From the IMG/VR virus record IMGVR_UViG_3300045988_054519, positions 1-58,288 of that record: a stretch of DNA of 58,288 nucleotides; one strand, given 5' to 3'. A program made the translations under genes and the position numbers. This DNA is from a virus. Of this stretch, positions 1-9,061 are shown in pieces. The number at the start of each line of letters is the position of its first letter. Position 1 is the first letter of the stretch. Below the pieces are notes generated by a model. The model had not been told where the DNA came from and ran no database searches. It saw nothing but the letters and a program-made list of their open reading frames with translations.

Positions 1-199
1 CGCCTTTATATCCGGTGGCTGACGATGCGCCGTAATCTCCGGTGGCTGACGATGCGCCGTAAGAACCGGTGGCTGACGATGCGCCGTAATATCCGGTGGC
101 TGACGATGCGCCGTAATATCCGGTGGCTGACGATGCGCCGTAATCTCCGGTGGCTGACGATGCGCCGTAATCTCCGGTGGCTGACGATGCGCCGTAATC
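1..199. repeat. 27-bp tandem repeat (about 7 units), coding on the minus strand for 9-aa units G[D/Y/S]YGASSAT
   Basis: Unit ccggtggctgacgatgcgcc plus a variable 7-9 nt (gtaatctcc / gtaagaacc / gtaatatcc / tttatatcc). Period is 27 nt. Confidence 0.95.
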
Positions 200-535
200 A
201 TCATCTTTACTTGCTTCCTTTTTAACTCTGCTCATTGTGTACTCGATAGCTGCTTTAACAATTCCGGCTATGCTTATCTTTGCGCCAATCTTGATTTTGG
301 TTGACGCAATCTTTGTACCGTCATCTTTGCGGTCAATGTCTCCGTCCTGTTCTACCTCATGATATACACTGTCATTTGGTGCGTAATGTGAAAAACAATC
401 TAACGGATATTCGCACGCATGAAATCCGGTTTCGCAACACTCTGCCCTTTCTGTCTCGTATTCCTTGCCCTCTTCATACTGAAATCCTTTGCAAGTCATA
501 TCTTTGTGAAATCCCTTGTAACTCTTAATTGCCAT
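1..535 (-). CDS. DUF7666-like tandem-repeat protein, N-terminal part. The ORF runs off nt 1 and continues in frame at 58288..57770.
   Basis: ATG at 535-533 follows AAAGGAGAAG. My translation is MAIKSYKGFHKDMTCKGFQYEEGKEYETERAECCETGFHACEYPLDCF...KEASKDDDYGASSATGDYGASSAT. No stop before nt 1, so it is missing from the ORF track. Confidence 0.7.
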   Translation of the reverse strand, partial: MAIKSYKGFHKDMTCKGFQYEEGKEYETERAECCETGFHACEYPLDCFSHYAPNDSVYHEVEQDGDIDRKDDGTKIASTKIKIGAKISIAGIVKAAIEYTMSRVKKEASKDDDYGASSATGDYGASSATGDYGASSATGYYGASSATGYYGASSATGSYGASSATGDYGASSATGYKG

Positions 536-1160
536 TGTCTTCTCCTTTCTCTGTCGAAAAATATAAATCCTCGCTTTGCATATACGGTGTTCCGAATGTG
601 TGGTAGTGAAGTGTCCGGAAATAATACATATCATCCGGGTATTCATTATCCGCAAGTGCATTTTTTACCGCTGCCGTAACACTCTCCGTCCAACCGTAGT
701 TTTCAAAGTTATTCCATTTGGTAACTGCAAACTGTTCATCCTGGTAAACGACCTCACGAACCGTACTTGGGAATATGTCGCTGTTGATACGGTTAAGTAT
801 CGTCAACGCAACCATTGTCTGCGTTTCCACCGTCTGATTTCCGGCTTCACAAAACACCGTGGTACATAATAGGCGGTATTCCTCATCATTAAGGCTTATA
901 TCCGCCCAACTACATTTATGCGGTTCTGCGGTCGTAGGCTCAACAGACTTCACTTTCTCACTATCCGTCTGCCGTACAATGCTGACCGTTTCAATTATCG
1001 TTTCTGTTTCCGGTTCAGACTCTTCCGTGGTTGTTCGGTTATGGTTTATCGTGGCGACAATTACTAGCATCAACATCAATGCTATAAACACTATTGCGCC
1101 GGTGTATGTCGCCCACGGTATGGAATGGATGAACCGTTTAAATTTATTCCTCTTTACCAT
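525..1160 (-). CDS. Membrane-anchored SleB-like cell-wall hydrolase
   Basis: Motif block CTTVFCEAGNQ...ALTILNRINSDIFPSTVREVVYQDEQFAV is typical of the SleB/Hydrolase_2 family. N-terminal TM helix GAIVFIALMLMLVIV. ATG 1160 follows AGGTGG. Confidence 0.75.
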   Translation of the reverse strand: MVKRNKFKRFIHSIPWATYTGAIVFIALMLMLVIVATINHNRTTTEESEPETETIIETVSIVRQTDSEKVKSVEPTTAEPHKCSWADISLNDEEYRLLCTTVFCEAGNQTVETQTMVALTILNRINSDIFPSTVREVVYQDEQFAVTKWNNFENYGWTESVTAAVKNALADNEYPDDMYYFRTLHYHTFGTPYMQSEDLYFSTEKGEDNGN

Positions 1161-1920
1161 TGTCGCCACCTAAAAACTTGTTCACGAAATACAACTGTCC
1201 TTTCCCCGTTACCTTGGGAGTGATGGTTATCCTCACACTTCCGTCCGGGTTCTGTATGCTTCTTTCCTTGACTTCAAATAAACCCTGCTGTACGTATCTC
1301 TGAATTGGCATATTATAGGAAGAACCGCTTTTCATAAGGTAGCCATTATCTCTAAGCCACGCGAATAACCGTTTCTGACCTATCTGTACACCGTTCTGAC
1401 ATATTATCTTTGCCAAATCTCCGACAAGGATTGATGTATTACTTGTCGCTACGGCATCGGCGAAAATAGTTTTCGGTCTGTCATATTCGATTTTGGCTTT
1501 CTGATGTTCGATTATGCGGTCTCTTTCCGCAATCTTGTTATTTGCCACCATAAGAGCCTTAGCAAGTAACTCATCATCCGTCATTGTTTCTTGTCCGGCT
1601 ATGTAACCGCCGTTCTTTCTGATTGACGGAAGAACCTCTGATGTAACCCAATCTGTAAACCTCTCTGCGCTATCTTTACGGCTCTGAAAAATTGTCTTGT
1701 AAAGGTTGGCTTCATTGATAAATATCATCTTCTGTGTTCCACCTTTTGTAGGGGTTTCCATAGTGCGGATACCCTTTGCTGACAACCTCTGCCTTACATT
1801 TCCTACGTTCGCTATCTCCAATGCTTTACATACATCTGCTAAACAAAACATAGGTTCGTTATCCTTGGTTACTGTTCGGATTTCTCCGAACTCTTCATTA
1901 TTGAATATTTGTAAATCCAT
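1144..1920 (-). CDS. Phage antirepressor (Bro-N plus KilAC/ANT-like domains)
   Basis: N-terminal FNNEEFGEIRTV..PMFCLADVCKALE (Bro-N-like) and C-terminal TSILVGDLAKI..GQKRLFAWLRDNGYL (ANT/KilAC-like). Lies directly downstream of the cro-like gene. Confidence 0.8.
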   Translation of the reverse strand: MDLQIFNNEEFGEIRTVTKDNEPMFCLADVCKALEIANVGNVRQRLSAKGIRTMETPTKGGTQKMIFINEANLYKTIFQSRKDSAERFTDWVTSEVLPSIRKNGGYIAGQETMTDDELLAKALMVANNKIAERDRIIEHQKAKIEYDRPKTIFADAVATSNTSILVGDLAKIICQNGVQIGQKRLFAWLRDNGYLMKSGSSYNMPIQRYVQQGLFEVKERSIQNPDGSVRITITPKVTGKGQLYFVNKFLGGDNGKEE

Positions 1921-1938
1921 ATACTTCTCCTTTCCTTA

Positions 1939-1955
1939 GTAACTTATAAAGTTAC
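1939..1955. promoter_or_regulatory. Operator-like 17-bp perfect palindrome GTAACTTATAAAGTTAC between cro-like and antirepressor genes
   Basis: Same half-sites (GTAACTT/AAGTTAC) as the palindromes in the CI/Cro intergenic region. Overlaps the cro-like stop codon. Confidence 0.6.
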
Positions 1956-2153
1956 CTGTTTTGCAAAAAAAATATCCATAGGATTGTGAATTTCCAAACC
2001 GTCAATCATCGCCTGGATTTCATCGCTGCCAAACACACCTTTCTGCATATGCGAATAGAATGTTTTGGTAGTTATTCCTATCATTTTAGCGACATCCGCT
2101 TGTGTTTTACCGCGTTCGGCGATAACTCCGCGAAGCTTGTTTGTGTCTATCAT
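1944..2153 (-). CDS. Cro-like XRE-family HTH regulator
   Basis: HTH block GKTQADVAKMIGITTKTFYSHMQKG. ATG 2153 follows AAAGGAG. Divergent from the CI-like gene. Confidence 0.8.
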   Translation of the reverse strand: MIDTNKLRGVIAERGKTQADVAKMIGITTKTFYSHMQKGVFGSDEIQAMIDGLEIHNPMDIFFAKQVTL

Positions 2154-2175
2154 ATTTTCATCTCCTTTCGTCATT

Positions 2176-2272
2176 GTAACTTATCAAGTTACTTTCATTA
2201 TATCCTTTTTTTGTAACTTGTCAAGTTATTTTTTACTTGACTTGTAACTTTTTAGTGATATAATGAAGTTAC
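2176..2272. promoter_or_regulatory. Divergent lysis/lysogeny control region with repeated operators
   Basis: GTAACTTATCAAGTTAC (2176-2192), GTAACTTGTCAAGTTAT (2213-2229), and half-sites GTAACTT (2244-2250) and AAGTTAC (2266-2272) flanking TATAAT (2259-2264). Confidence 0.7.
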
Positions 2273-2292
2273 CAATAGGAAAGGAGGAACAT

Positions 2293-2649
2293 ATGATGTC
2301 AATTGGAGACAGAATTAAAAAACGCCGTGAACTCTTGAATATGCCACAAGTTGAACTTGCCGGTAAAATTCAAGTATCAAAACAGACATTATATAAGTAT
2401 GAGAACAATATCATAACGAACATTCCGAGTGATAAGCTTGAAAGCATCGCAAAGGTTCTTGATATTTCGCCATCATATTTAATGGGTTGGGATGATAATC
2501 TTACGGATGATACTGCAGATCTAATTCCTGATTTGCTGTCCGATGCAGAACTGTTAGAAAATGTTAAGCGATTAAAAGTCCTTAACGCGGAACACCGGAG
2601 AACTATATTCGACAATATAACCTATTGGTACGAGAAAGAGGGGCACTAG
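2293..2649 (+). CDS. CI-like XRE-family repressor
   Basis: IGDRIKKRRELLNMPQVELAGKIQVSKQTLYKYENN HTH. ATG 2293 follows AAGGAGG. The ORF-track start at 2263 overlaps the -10 box. Confidence 0.8.
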   Translation: MMSIGDRIKKRRELLNMPQVELAGKIQVSKQTLYKYENNIITNIPSDKLESIAKVLDISPSYLMGWDDNLTDDTADLIPDLLSDAELLENVKRLKVLNAEHRRTIFDNITYWYEKEGH

Positions 2650-3019
2650 ATGCCCCACTTTTTTTTGAATGATAATATCATTCGATATAAAAATTCGAGA
2701 AATCTGCCATTTTGGCACTCATTGACCTCATCTATTATTTTTTGTTTACATTCCATACAACAACCCTCCCGAATACCACACGATTATAGTAGCGATATGC
2801 CTATATTAGAACATTTGTTCTTGCTTGTCAACCCACATTGACAAAATATCCCACATAAAGTATCATTAAGTTCTAGTGACGGTGCCGCGCTACCAAACAC
2901 CGCCACATCGGAACTTGAATATCCTCTTTCCGAGGACATTTACAATCATATCACACATTTTGTCGGGCATACGCGGTAATCTATCGCAATTCTCGACACG
3001 ATTTTACAAGGAGAGACAT

Positions 3020-3724
3020 ATGGATAATAATAATCAATTTTATCAGCAACCACCACAATGGCAACAACCGTTCCCACCGCAACCACAACCGCGACCATAC
3101 AAGCTAAAAGGCACCGCAGCGCTCGTTTTAGGTATCATAGGTATAGTAACATCATTTATATTTGTCGGCGGTATTCTAGGCATTATAGCGATTGTGCTAG
3201 GTGCAACCGGTTCAAGCGCGAACAAAAGATACGGTTATAAGGGTGGAACCGCCACAGCCGGTCTTGTCCTTGGCTCTATTGCAACTGCATTAATGGCAAT
3301 CACAATAATAATTGCTGTATCAGGTAGCAATACTTCATCTTCAAAAACCGATTTGTCTAAAGATGATTTTGCCGCTACCTGCTCTGAACTCAACTATAAA
3401 GATGTTAAGCGCAATCCCGATAAGTATAAAGGACAGAATTTTTACATTGATGTGCAAATATTTGACGTATCAACCTCTTTCGGTACTACCACATACAAAG
3501 TGTTCACTAAAGACCCGGAATACGATATTTACGATGGCGATATGTTCTTTGTAACGGATAAGAGAGATACATCTGCTAAAGACTACGAAAAGCTGTTAGA
3601 AGAAGATATAATAAGAATATACGGAACTTTCAATGGACTTGTAGATACCACAAATTTCATTGACGGTTCAAGCGGTCAAGAGATAAACCTTGATATGTTC
3701 TATGCAGATATTTTATCGAAATAA
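3020..3724 (+). CDS. Lysogen-expressed membrane protein (Pro/Gln-rich N-terminus, DUF4190-like TM block, beta-rich C-terminal domain); candidate superinfection-exclusion moron
   Basis: ATG 3020 follows AAGGAGAG. TM segments GTAALVLGIIGIVTSFIFVGGILGIIAIVLGA and AGLVLGSIATALMAITIIIAV. Co-oriented with the CI-like gene. Confidence 0.6.
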   Translation: MDNNNQFYQQPPQWQQPFPPQPQPRPYKLKGTAALVLGIIGIVTSFIFVGGILGIIAIVLGATGSSANKRYGYKGGTATAGLVLGSIATALMAITIIIAVSGSNTSSSKTDLSKDDFAATCSELNYKDVKRNPDKYKGQNFYIDVQIFDVSTSFGTTTYKVFTKDPEYDIYDGDMFFVTDKRDTSAKDYEKLLEEDIIRIYGTFNGLVDTTNFIDGSSGQEINLDMFYADILSK

Positions 3725-3728
3725 AAAT

Positions 3729-3764
3729 AAGGCGTGCAGTACATAAGTACCACACGCCTTTTTA
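3729..3764. terminator. Bidirectional rho-independent terminator between convergent genes
   Basis: Stem AAGGCGTG (3729-3736) / CACGCCTT (3753-3760), with T-runs on both strands. Confidence 0.7.
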
Positions 3765-3770
3765 ATGCCC

Positions 3771-4754
3771 TTAATCAAGCTGTTTGCCGTTTTTATCGTA
3801 GATATGGTAGCCGCTTGACTTGTATCTTTTCCAAGTCTTGTACGCGCTACTCCAAGTGCAATAAGAACCGATTGCGTTCTTCTCGTCTCTGTAAGACTTC
3901 CTTACACGGTAAAATCCGTTACCGCTAGTATAATTCGGGTAGCTTGTCAGTGTCAGTGTTTTCTTTTCAACCGTCCTTGCATTCCTGCCCTCTTTACGTC
4001 CGTAGTTGCAATAATGCTCATAGTATAACGGAAGATTATCGCCAAACGCATCTCTTAAGTCGGCATAATTCTCTTTGTAGGCAATCACGTTAAATTCCGC
4101 GCTTGCCTGCCTTGCTTCTTTCATGCCGTACTGTTTAAAGTGCGCCCAAGCCTTGTCATAATCACTGCCGAAAGTCGCTTTAAGGTCAGCATATTTGTTA
4201 AGATAGTATTTCGGGTTGAATACCGGTGAATAATCAAGTCCGTTAAGCTTGTATTCTGCCGTATTAATGCCGGTAATGTCGGCATCAATGTACGGTGTAG
4301 GGTCAAGCCATTTATACTTGCTTTCATCGTGTAAACCGTTTGTCGGGATGCCGTTCGGGTACTCTCTGACCTCAAAGTGAAGATGCGCTCCGTAACTTCC
4401 GCCGGTATTTCCCGTAAAGCCGATGCGCTGTCCTTTCTTGACAAATTCGCCCTCATTTACATATACCTTTTCAAGGTGCGCGTACAAGGTGCATATTTTG
4501 TCATTATGCTTAATCATTACATAATTGCCATATCCCATTCCCTCTTTGTCCGGCACACCGTTTGTACCGGAGAGATAAGCTATAACCTTGATAACCGTAC
4601 CGTCTGAATGTGCGGTAACGAAATCAAGCTGTGATTTGTATTTTACAAGGTCTATGCCTTGCGCCCACGCATTGCCATTCTTTTTGTTATCGCAATGTGT
4701 CTTGTATGTGCAGGTAATCTGATTTACTGCATCTTCTAATACTCTACTACTCAT
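3771..4754 (-). CDS. M23-peptidase endolysin with internal repeats and a C-terminal SH3-like wall-binding region
   Basis: GYGNYVMIKHNDKICTLYAHL...GFTGNTGGSYGAHLHFEV (M23 motifs). Two copies of a Y..Y.DL...FG......HY...G..E(A/G)R repeat. Last gene of the late operon. Confidence 0.8.
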   Translation of the reverse strand: MSSRVLEDAVNQITCTYKTHCDNKKNGNAWAQGIDLVKYKSQLDFVTAHSDGTVIKVIAYLSGTNGVPDKEGMGYGNYVMIKHNDKICTLYAHLEKVYVNEGEFVKKGQRIGFTGNTGGSYGAHLHFEVREYPNGIPTNGLHDESKYKWLDPTPYIDADITGINTAEYKLNGLDYSPVFNPKYYLNKYADLKATFGSDYDKAWAHFKQYGMKEARQASAEFNVIAYKENYADLRDAFGDNLPLYYEHYCNYGRKEGRNARTVEKKTLTLTSYPNYTSGNGFYRVRKSYRDEKNAIGSYCTWSSAYKTWKRYKSSGYHIYDKNGKQLD

Positions 4755-4767
4755 AATTTTTTACCTC

Positions 4768-7700
4768 CTAAGACAATTTAAGTGTGCCGGTTAATACCAC
4801 GCCACAAGCGTCATTGTTGATTACATTCGTTGAGTTCGGCATTACTAATTGCACATTCACGCCTGATTCTCCGCTTAACGATATTGATTGAGATGTTGGT
4901 CTGACATTCGTCTCAGCCGTGGAGCCATAGCAATATTTTCCGCCTTGTCTGACCTTAATGCCCTCGCTTGATGTAAACGACAATGTAGCCTTACTTGCGC
5001 CAATAATAAGCCTTGTCGGGAGAAAAAAAGCTACCGTCTGACCGCCACCGGTTATATATCCGCCGGTAGAAAATACGATAGGTATGCTATCGCCTTTTGT
5101 CAGATATGCTTTTTCGGTTGTTTCAAAGTAAACACGTCCACCGCCGAATACTGCTCCGCCAGCTGTCAGCTTAGATGTTTCCACACTGCCGTCCCAACCA
5201 AGCCTATATACATAGTCATAGTCCGTACCCTCTTTGCCGATATACGAACATATTCCGGTCGGCTGTGCGCCAGAACTCATTCCAAACTTATAGCCACGGC
5301 TGTCTGCCTTTGTTCTTAAATAATCAGCACCGATTGTAAATCCGCCGATTGTTCCACTTGTTGAGTAAAGGTTACCTCCTTTATCGACACGGAACGGACA
5401 ATCTCCGTAATTAGTATGGTCTTTACCGCCGGCCGCAAATACCCATTTTGTGTTTACAGTCGGTCTTTGCATGACTGCTGTTCCGGTTTCAGCATCGCCG
5501 GCATAAATCTTGTTTGTTGTTATGCTCCACGAACCGATTTTAGCCGTGATTGCGCTTAAATCATCAACGCTTATTTTGTCTGCCGTGATTGTTCCGGTCG
5601 TAATTTTTCCACCGTCAATCGTTGTGGTATTCGCGGAATAGATATTCTCAACTGATATATCATCCGGATTAGGTGACCAATCTGACGGAACATTACCGAA
5701 TGACATTTTGAATTTACGGACGCTAAGAGTATGACCAGCGTTATGTTTTGTTACATATACGCCCATTCCATAACGGTACTCATTATATGTTCCCAACGAA
5801 CCGCTGTTAAATGTAGCCGGAATGGTCACTATATAGGACAATCTACACCATTTATCGTTTTGACGTGTTCCTGATAGCACTTTAAGATACCTACTTGATG
5901 AGCCATCAATATAACATTCAGTATACACTGAACTCTGCCAAGTTTTAAATCCATCATTCGAGCCGTATACTTTTAAAGCTAATGTGTAATTTAGTGGGGA
6001 GGTCTCAAGGTCATCTGCTTTGGCATCAAGGGCAAGAACAAGAGTATTCCCTGCCTGTGGATTATCTTTGGCATCAATCGTTGTGATTGTTTGTAACTCA
6101 ATCCAGCTTCCATTACCAGTTCGACTTGCGACTGTAAATCCATCATCATCTGTGGACATTGCCCAGTCACCATTTGAAGTAGATATTTTGCCAAAATCCT
6201 TTGTTGCGAGAAGTAAATTCCGGTCACCTACGGATAGATTATCTACGGTGTTTTTTATGCCTACAACCACACTGTTTGTGCTGATAGCATTAATAAATGC
6301 TTCTTGTGAAGTAATCGTTGAGATTACCGCATTATCAGCAAATATATTCGCGACATCAAGTTCATTTGCGGTTATGCTGTTTGCGACTATCTTATCCGCA
6401 TTAATCGTGCGGTCAGTGAGTACATATCCGTCTAAGCTGTCAACCGTAGTGCTTGTAAGTTCGCCGAGATTATTAAGTGCATAAAGCAATCCTTTTTCCG
6501 AACCTTTGAGAAGTATTCTATCCGCAACAAGCGTTCCTGCGGTTATCTTGTTTGCGTTTACCTCTACGCTGTCGAGAAAGCCGGTTATATGCCCCTCAAC
6601 TACGGTTGCACGGTCAATCAAGCCGACATTTGCAAACAATGTAGCCACGTTTGCGGTGTTGATATTTGTCAATTCGATATTCGCATACTTAATATCCGCT
6701 TGTTCTGCTGTCATATAGCCTAATTTAGCGGTTGCGGCGGCTAGGTTATCCGTAGTTATCGCTTTTGCGCTTAACGTGTCAAATTTGCCCGACAATGCGT
6801 TAAGATTAGCAATCGTAGCATACTTGATGTCTGCCTGCTCCGCGGATATTTTTGTCGCAATAACCTGATTAGCTGTTATGAGTTCAGCTGTCAGCCTTTG
6901 CATTTGAGATGTTATCGGGCCGGTAGGATTGATCGAATTATTTGTGTCAGACTGTCCGCAACTCTCAATCGAACATTTAAGACCGCCGTCACAATCATAA
7001 ACAATACTTGTAATCGGGGCGGAATACTCTACGCCGTCAAATGTTACTTTGACAATATCCCCGACTTCAAGTCGCCAATCGCCGAGACATTCAACCGTAA
7101 GCGGTCTATAAGTAAAACCGCCTATCTTCTTGTATACGGCATCAAGAACCGCCTGCGTCATAAACGGATTAGATATGTTGATTGCCATAGTACCGCTACC
7201 GCTTGTAAGGGTTTTGCTGTCGTTATCCGTAGCAACCTCACACACTATCTTCTCGACCTTAAAAGCCTTGCTTGTTGTGAACTTTAAGCCGTTCTCATAG
7301 TATTTTGTCGGACGTATAGTGTAATCAGCGTCTTTGTACCACCGAAATTCAAGCTGTCCTTGTGAATTAATGACAGCATTTTTACCCTGCCTTGCCGACA
7401 GATAACCTAACATTTCGCGCCTTGTATATCCTTTTGGGGCGGTCGCAATGGATATTGTCTTATCGTCCATTGTGCTTTCAACAAACGTGATACCGGCTTG
7501 TGTGCATATCTCCTTGACGATATTAATATCTTTGTTCGGATATTTCAGTTTTGACACATACGTCATTTCCATCGCGCTGTACATACGGTCATATCCGGTG
7601 TAAGATGTTTTCCCCTCTTCCGCCGTGGCAGATGTTATCTTAAATATTCCGATTTGGATATATTCTATGTTGCCATCTGACACCTCTAATCCTTCGAATA

Positions 7701-7929
7701 AGGTCATTTCTCTATTTTCAAGGTCAATTGCATCTTCGTAAATAGAAAAAGTAATGCTTGACGATTGCGCGTTACCTATCGTTAAGTCACTACTTCCATT
7801 CTCCGATGCCGTTACCTTTAAGTCGGTAAGCGGTACTGTATATTCTGTTTCGCCTACGGTAAATTTGCCATAGTATCGTGCATAGTCGGTTGTTGCCTCC
7901 GCTATGAAATCCGTGCTTGCAGCTCTCAT
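4768..7929 (-). CDS. Tail tip / receptor-binding protein (Tal-like N-terminus plus fibre-like repeats)
   Basis: 1053 aa, downstream of the tape measure and small distal tail genes. Repeated segments AEQADIKYATIANL / AEQADIKYANIELT. C-terminal beta-rich region. Confidence 0.7.
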   Translation of the reverse strand: MRAASTDFIAEATTDYARYYGKFTVGETEYTVPLTDLKVTASENGSSDLTIGNAQSSSITFSIYEDAIDLENREMTLFEGLEVSDGNIEYIQIGIFKITSATAEEGKTSYTGYDRMYSAMEMTYVSKLKYPNKDINIVKEICTQAGITFVESTMDDKTISIATAPKGYTRREMLGYLSARQGKNAVINSQGQLEFRWYKDADYTIRPTKYYENGLKFTTSKAFKVEKIVCEVATDNDSKTLTSGSGTMAINISNPFMTQAVLDAVYKKIGGFTYRPLTVECLGDWRLEVGDIVKVTFDGVEYSAPITSIVYDCDGGLKCSIESCGQSDTNNSINPTGPITSQMQRLTAELITANQVIATKISAEQADIKYATIANLNALSGKFDTLSAKAITTDNLAAATAKLGYMTAEQADIKYANIELTNINTANVATLFANVGLIDRATVVEGHITGFLDSVEVNANKITAGTLVADRILLKGSEKGLLYALNNLGELTSTTVDSLDGYVLTDRTINADKIVANSITANELDVANIFADNAVISTITSQEAFINAISTNSVVVGIKNTVDNLSVGDRNLLLATKDFGKISTSNGDWAMSTDDDGFTVASRTGNGSWIELQTITTIDAKDNPQAGNTLVLALDAKADDLETSPLNYTLALKVYGSNDGFKTWQSSVYTECYIDGSSSRYLKVLSGTRQNDKWCRLSYIVTIPATFNSGSLGTYNEYRYGMGVYVTKHNAGHTLSVRKFKMSFGNVPSDWSPNPDDISVENIYSANTTTIDGGKITTGTITADKISVDDLSAITAKIGSWSITTNKIYAGDAETGTAVMQRPTVNTKWVFAAGGKDHTNYGDCPFRVDKGGNLYSTSGTIGGFTIGADYLRTKADSRGYKFGMSSGAQPTGICSYIGKEGTDYDYVYRLGWDGSVETSKLTAGGAVFGGGRVYFETTEKAYLTKGDSIPIVFSTGGYITGGGQTVAFFLPTRLIIGASKATLSFTSSEGIKVRQGGKYCYGSTAETNVRPTSQSISLSGESGVNVQLVMPNSTNVINNDACGVVLTGTLKLS

Positions 7930-7947
7930 TGAACTACCTCCCGATTA

Positions 7948-8331
7948 TTAATCAACCATAAACTCCAATGCTTCAATCTCTGATGTCGTGAGCGGTTCCA
8001 TATCGTCACACTTAACAATATCATCAAAAGTAACCGTCATAATGTCAATGTTGGCATCCACATTGAGTAATTCCGCATATTCCTTTGTAGCTTTCTCTTT
8101 GTCTGCATCACTTTCAAAGATGAACTGTCCATTTTCCGATACCGGTTCGCCGTTATCATCCTTTTTTGCGTGCGACTTCATAATCTCAATACGCTGTTCC
8201 TGGATGCCTTGCAGTTCGCTAAGAAGTGCTTTCTTATTCTTCATAAGTGCGTAATTAATTTTTGCCGGAAGTCGCTTTCCGTCAAGTATTCTAAGTCCGT
8301 TTGATACCGATACTACTTCAAATAATTTCAT
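7948..8331 (-). CDS. Hypothetical tail-module protein
   Basis: 127-aa ORF tightly packed in the tail module. No recognisable motif. Confidence 0.5.
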   Translation of the reverse strand: MKLFEVVSVSNGLRILDGKRLPAKINYALMKNKKALLSELQGIQEQRIEIMKSHAKKDDNGEPVSENGQFIFESDADKEKATKEYAELLNVDANIDIMTVTFDDIVKCDDMEPLTTSEIEALEFMVD

Positions 8332-8342
8332 TTCTTGTTCTC

Positions 8343-8708
8343 CTATTTCTCTATAATGCTGATTTTGACATCTTTGTAGATTGTCTTGCCGGGCGCATCA
8401 AGATAAAGCTGTCCAGCTAAATCTCCGGTATATGCCGTAAAACTGTCTGTTTCGCCCGAATTAAGCTGATACGATACTGTTGCATAAGGTGTTTTAATGT
8501 TATTTACGGCTGTCCGTATCGTGTTCAGTTCGGACTGCGACAACGGAATAAAAGCCACTTCAAGTTTCTTTTTTATTGCTTTTATCGTACCTACCATTGT
8601 TGCTTCTGCGTTACGCCCGGTATTTGTGCTCCACACCTTATTCCAACTCGGTGTTAATCCGGATATTTTCGGCATTTTGAGGTTGCCAATCTTAAGCCAT
8701 TCGCTCAT
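8343..8708 (-). CDS. Small distal-tail-like protein
   Basis: 121 aa in the position after the tape measure. Beta-rich. Family assignment is uncertain. Confidence 0.5.
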   Translation of the reverse strand: MSEWLKIGNLKMPKISGLTPSWNKVWSTNTGRNAEATMVGTIKAIKKKLEVAFIPLSQSELNTIRTAVNNIKTPYATVSYQLNSGETDSFTAYTGDLAGQLYLDAPGKTIYKDVKISIIEK

Positions 8709-8792
8709 TCTAATCCGCCTTTCGCTTGATTTTTGGGGTAAAAAAAGAACACCTACATTTCTGTAAGTGTTCTCTTCTTAAGTTTTTAAACC

Positions 8793-9002
8793 TTATTTCT
8801 TTTGGATTTCATCCAATTTGTGGGAAATCGACTGTAACAACTCCGTCTGCGCTTCAGACTGTTCCTTGATTGCTTTCGTGTATTCGTATACTCGTATAAA
8901 CAATACAAGTAAAATCAAGAATACCGCCAATGACACGATGTACACCCACCACGGTGTACTAGCTGCGCTCTCCGCAAAATCATATGTTACTGCTAAAATC
9001 AT
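8793..9002 (-). CDS. Small single-pass membrane protein inside the tail module
   Basis: ATG 9002 follows AAGGAGG. TM helix WWVYIVSLAVFLILLVLFI followed by a charged helix. Confidence 0.5.
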   Translation of the reverse strand: MILAVTYDFAESAASTPWWVYIVSLAVFLILLVLFIRVYEYTKAIKEQSEAQTELLQSISHKLDEIQKK

Positions 9003-9061
9003 TATAACATCCTCCTTGTTTGATTTTGACATATTATACATCAAACAGAAAGGGATGTCAA

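Noticed and set aside
25-225. Plus-strand ORF MRRNLRWLTMRR... (66 aa)
   Set aside because: It is the antisense reading of the 27-bp tandem repeat. The minus strand carries a well-formed gene with an RBS and conserved flanking domains.
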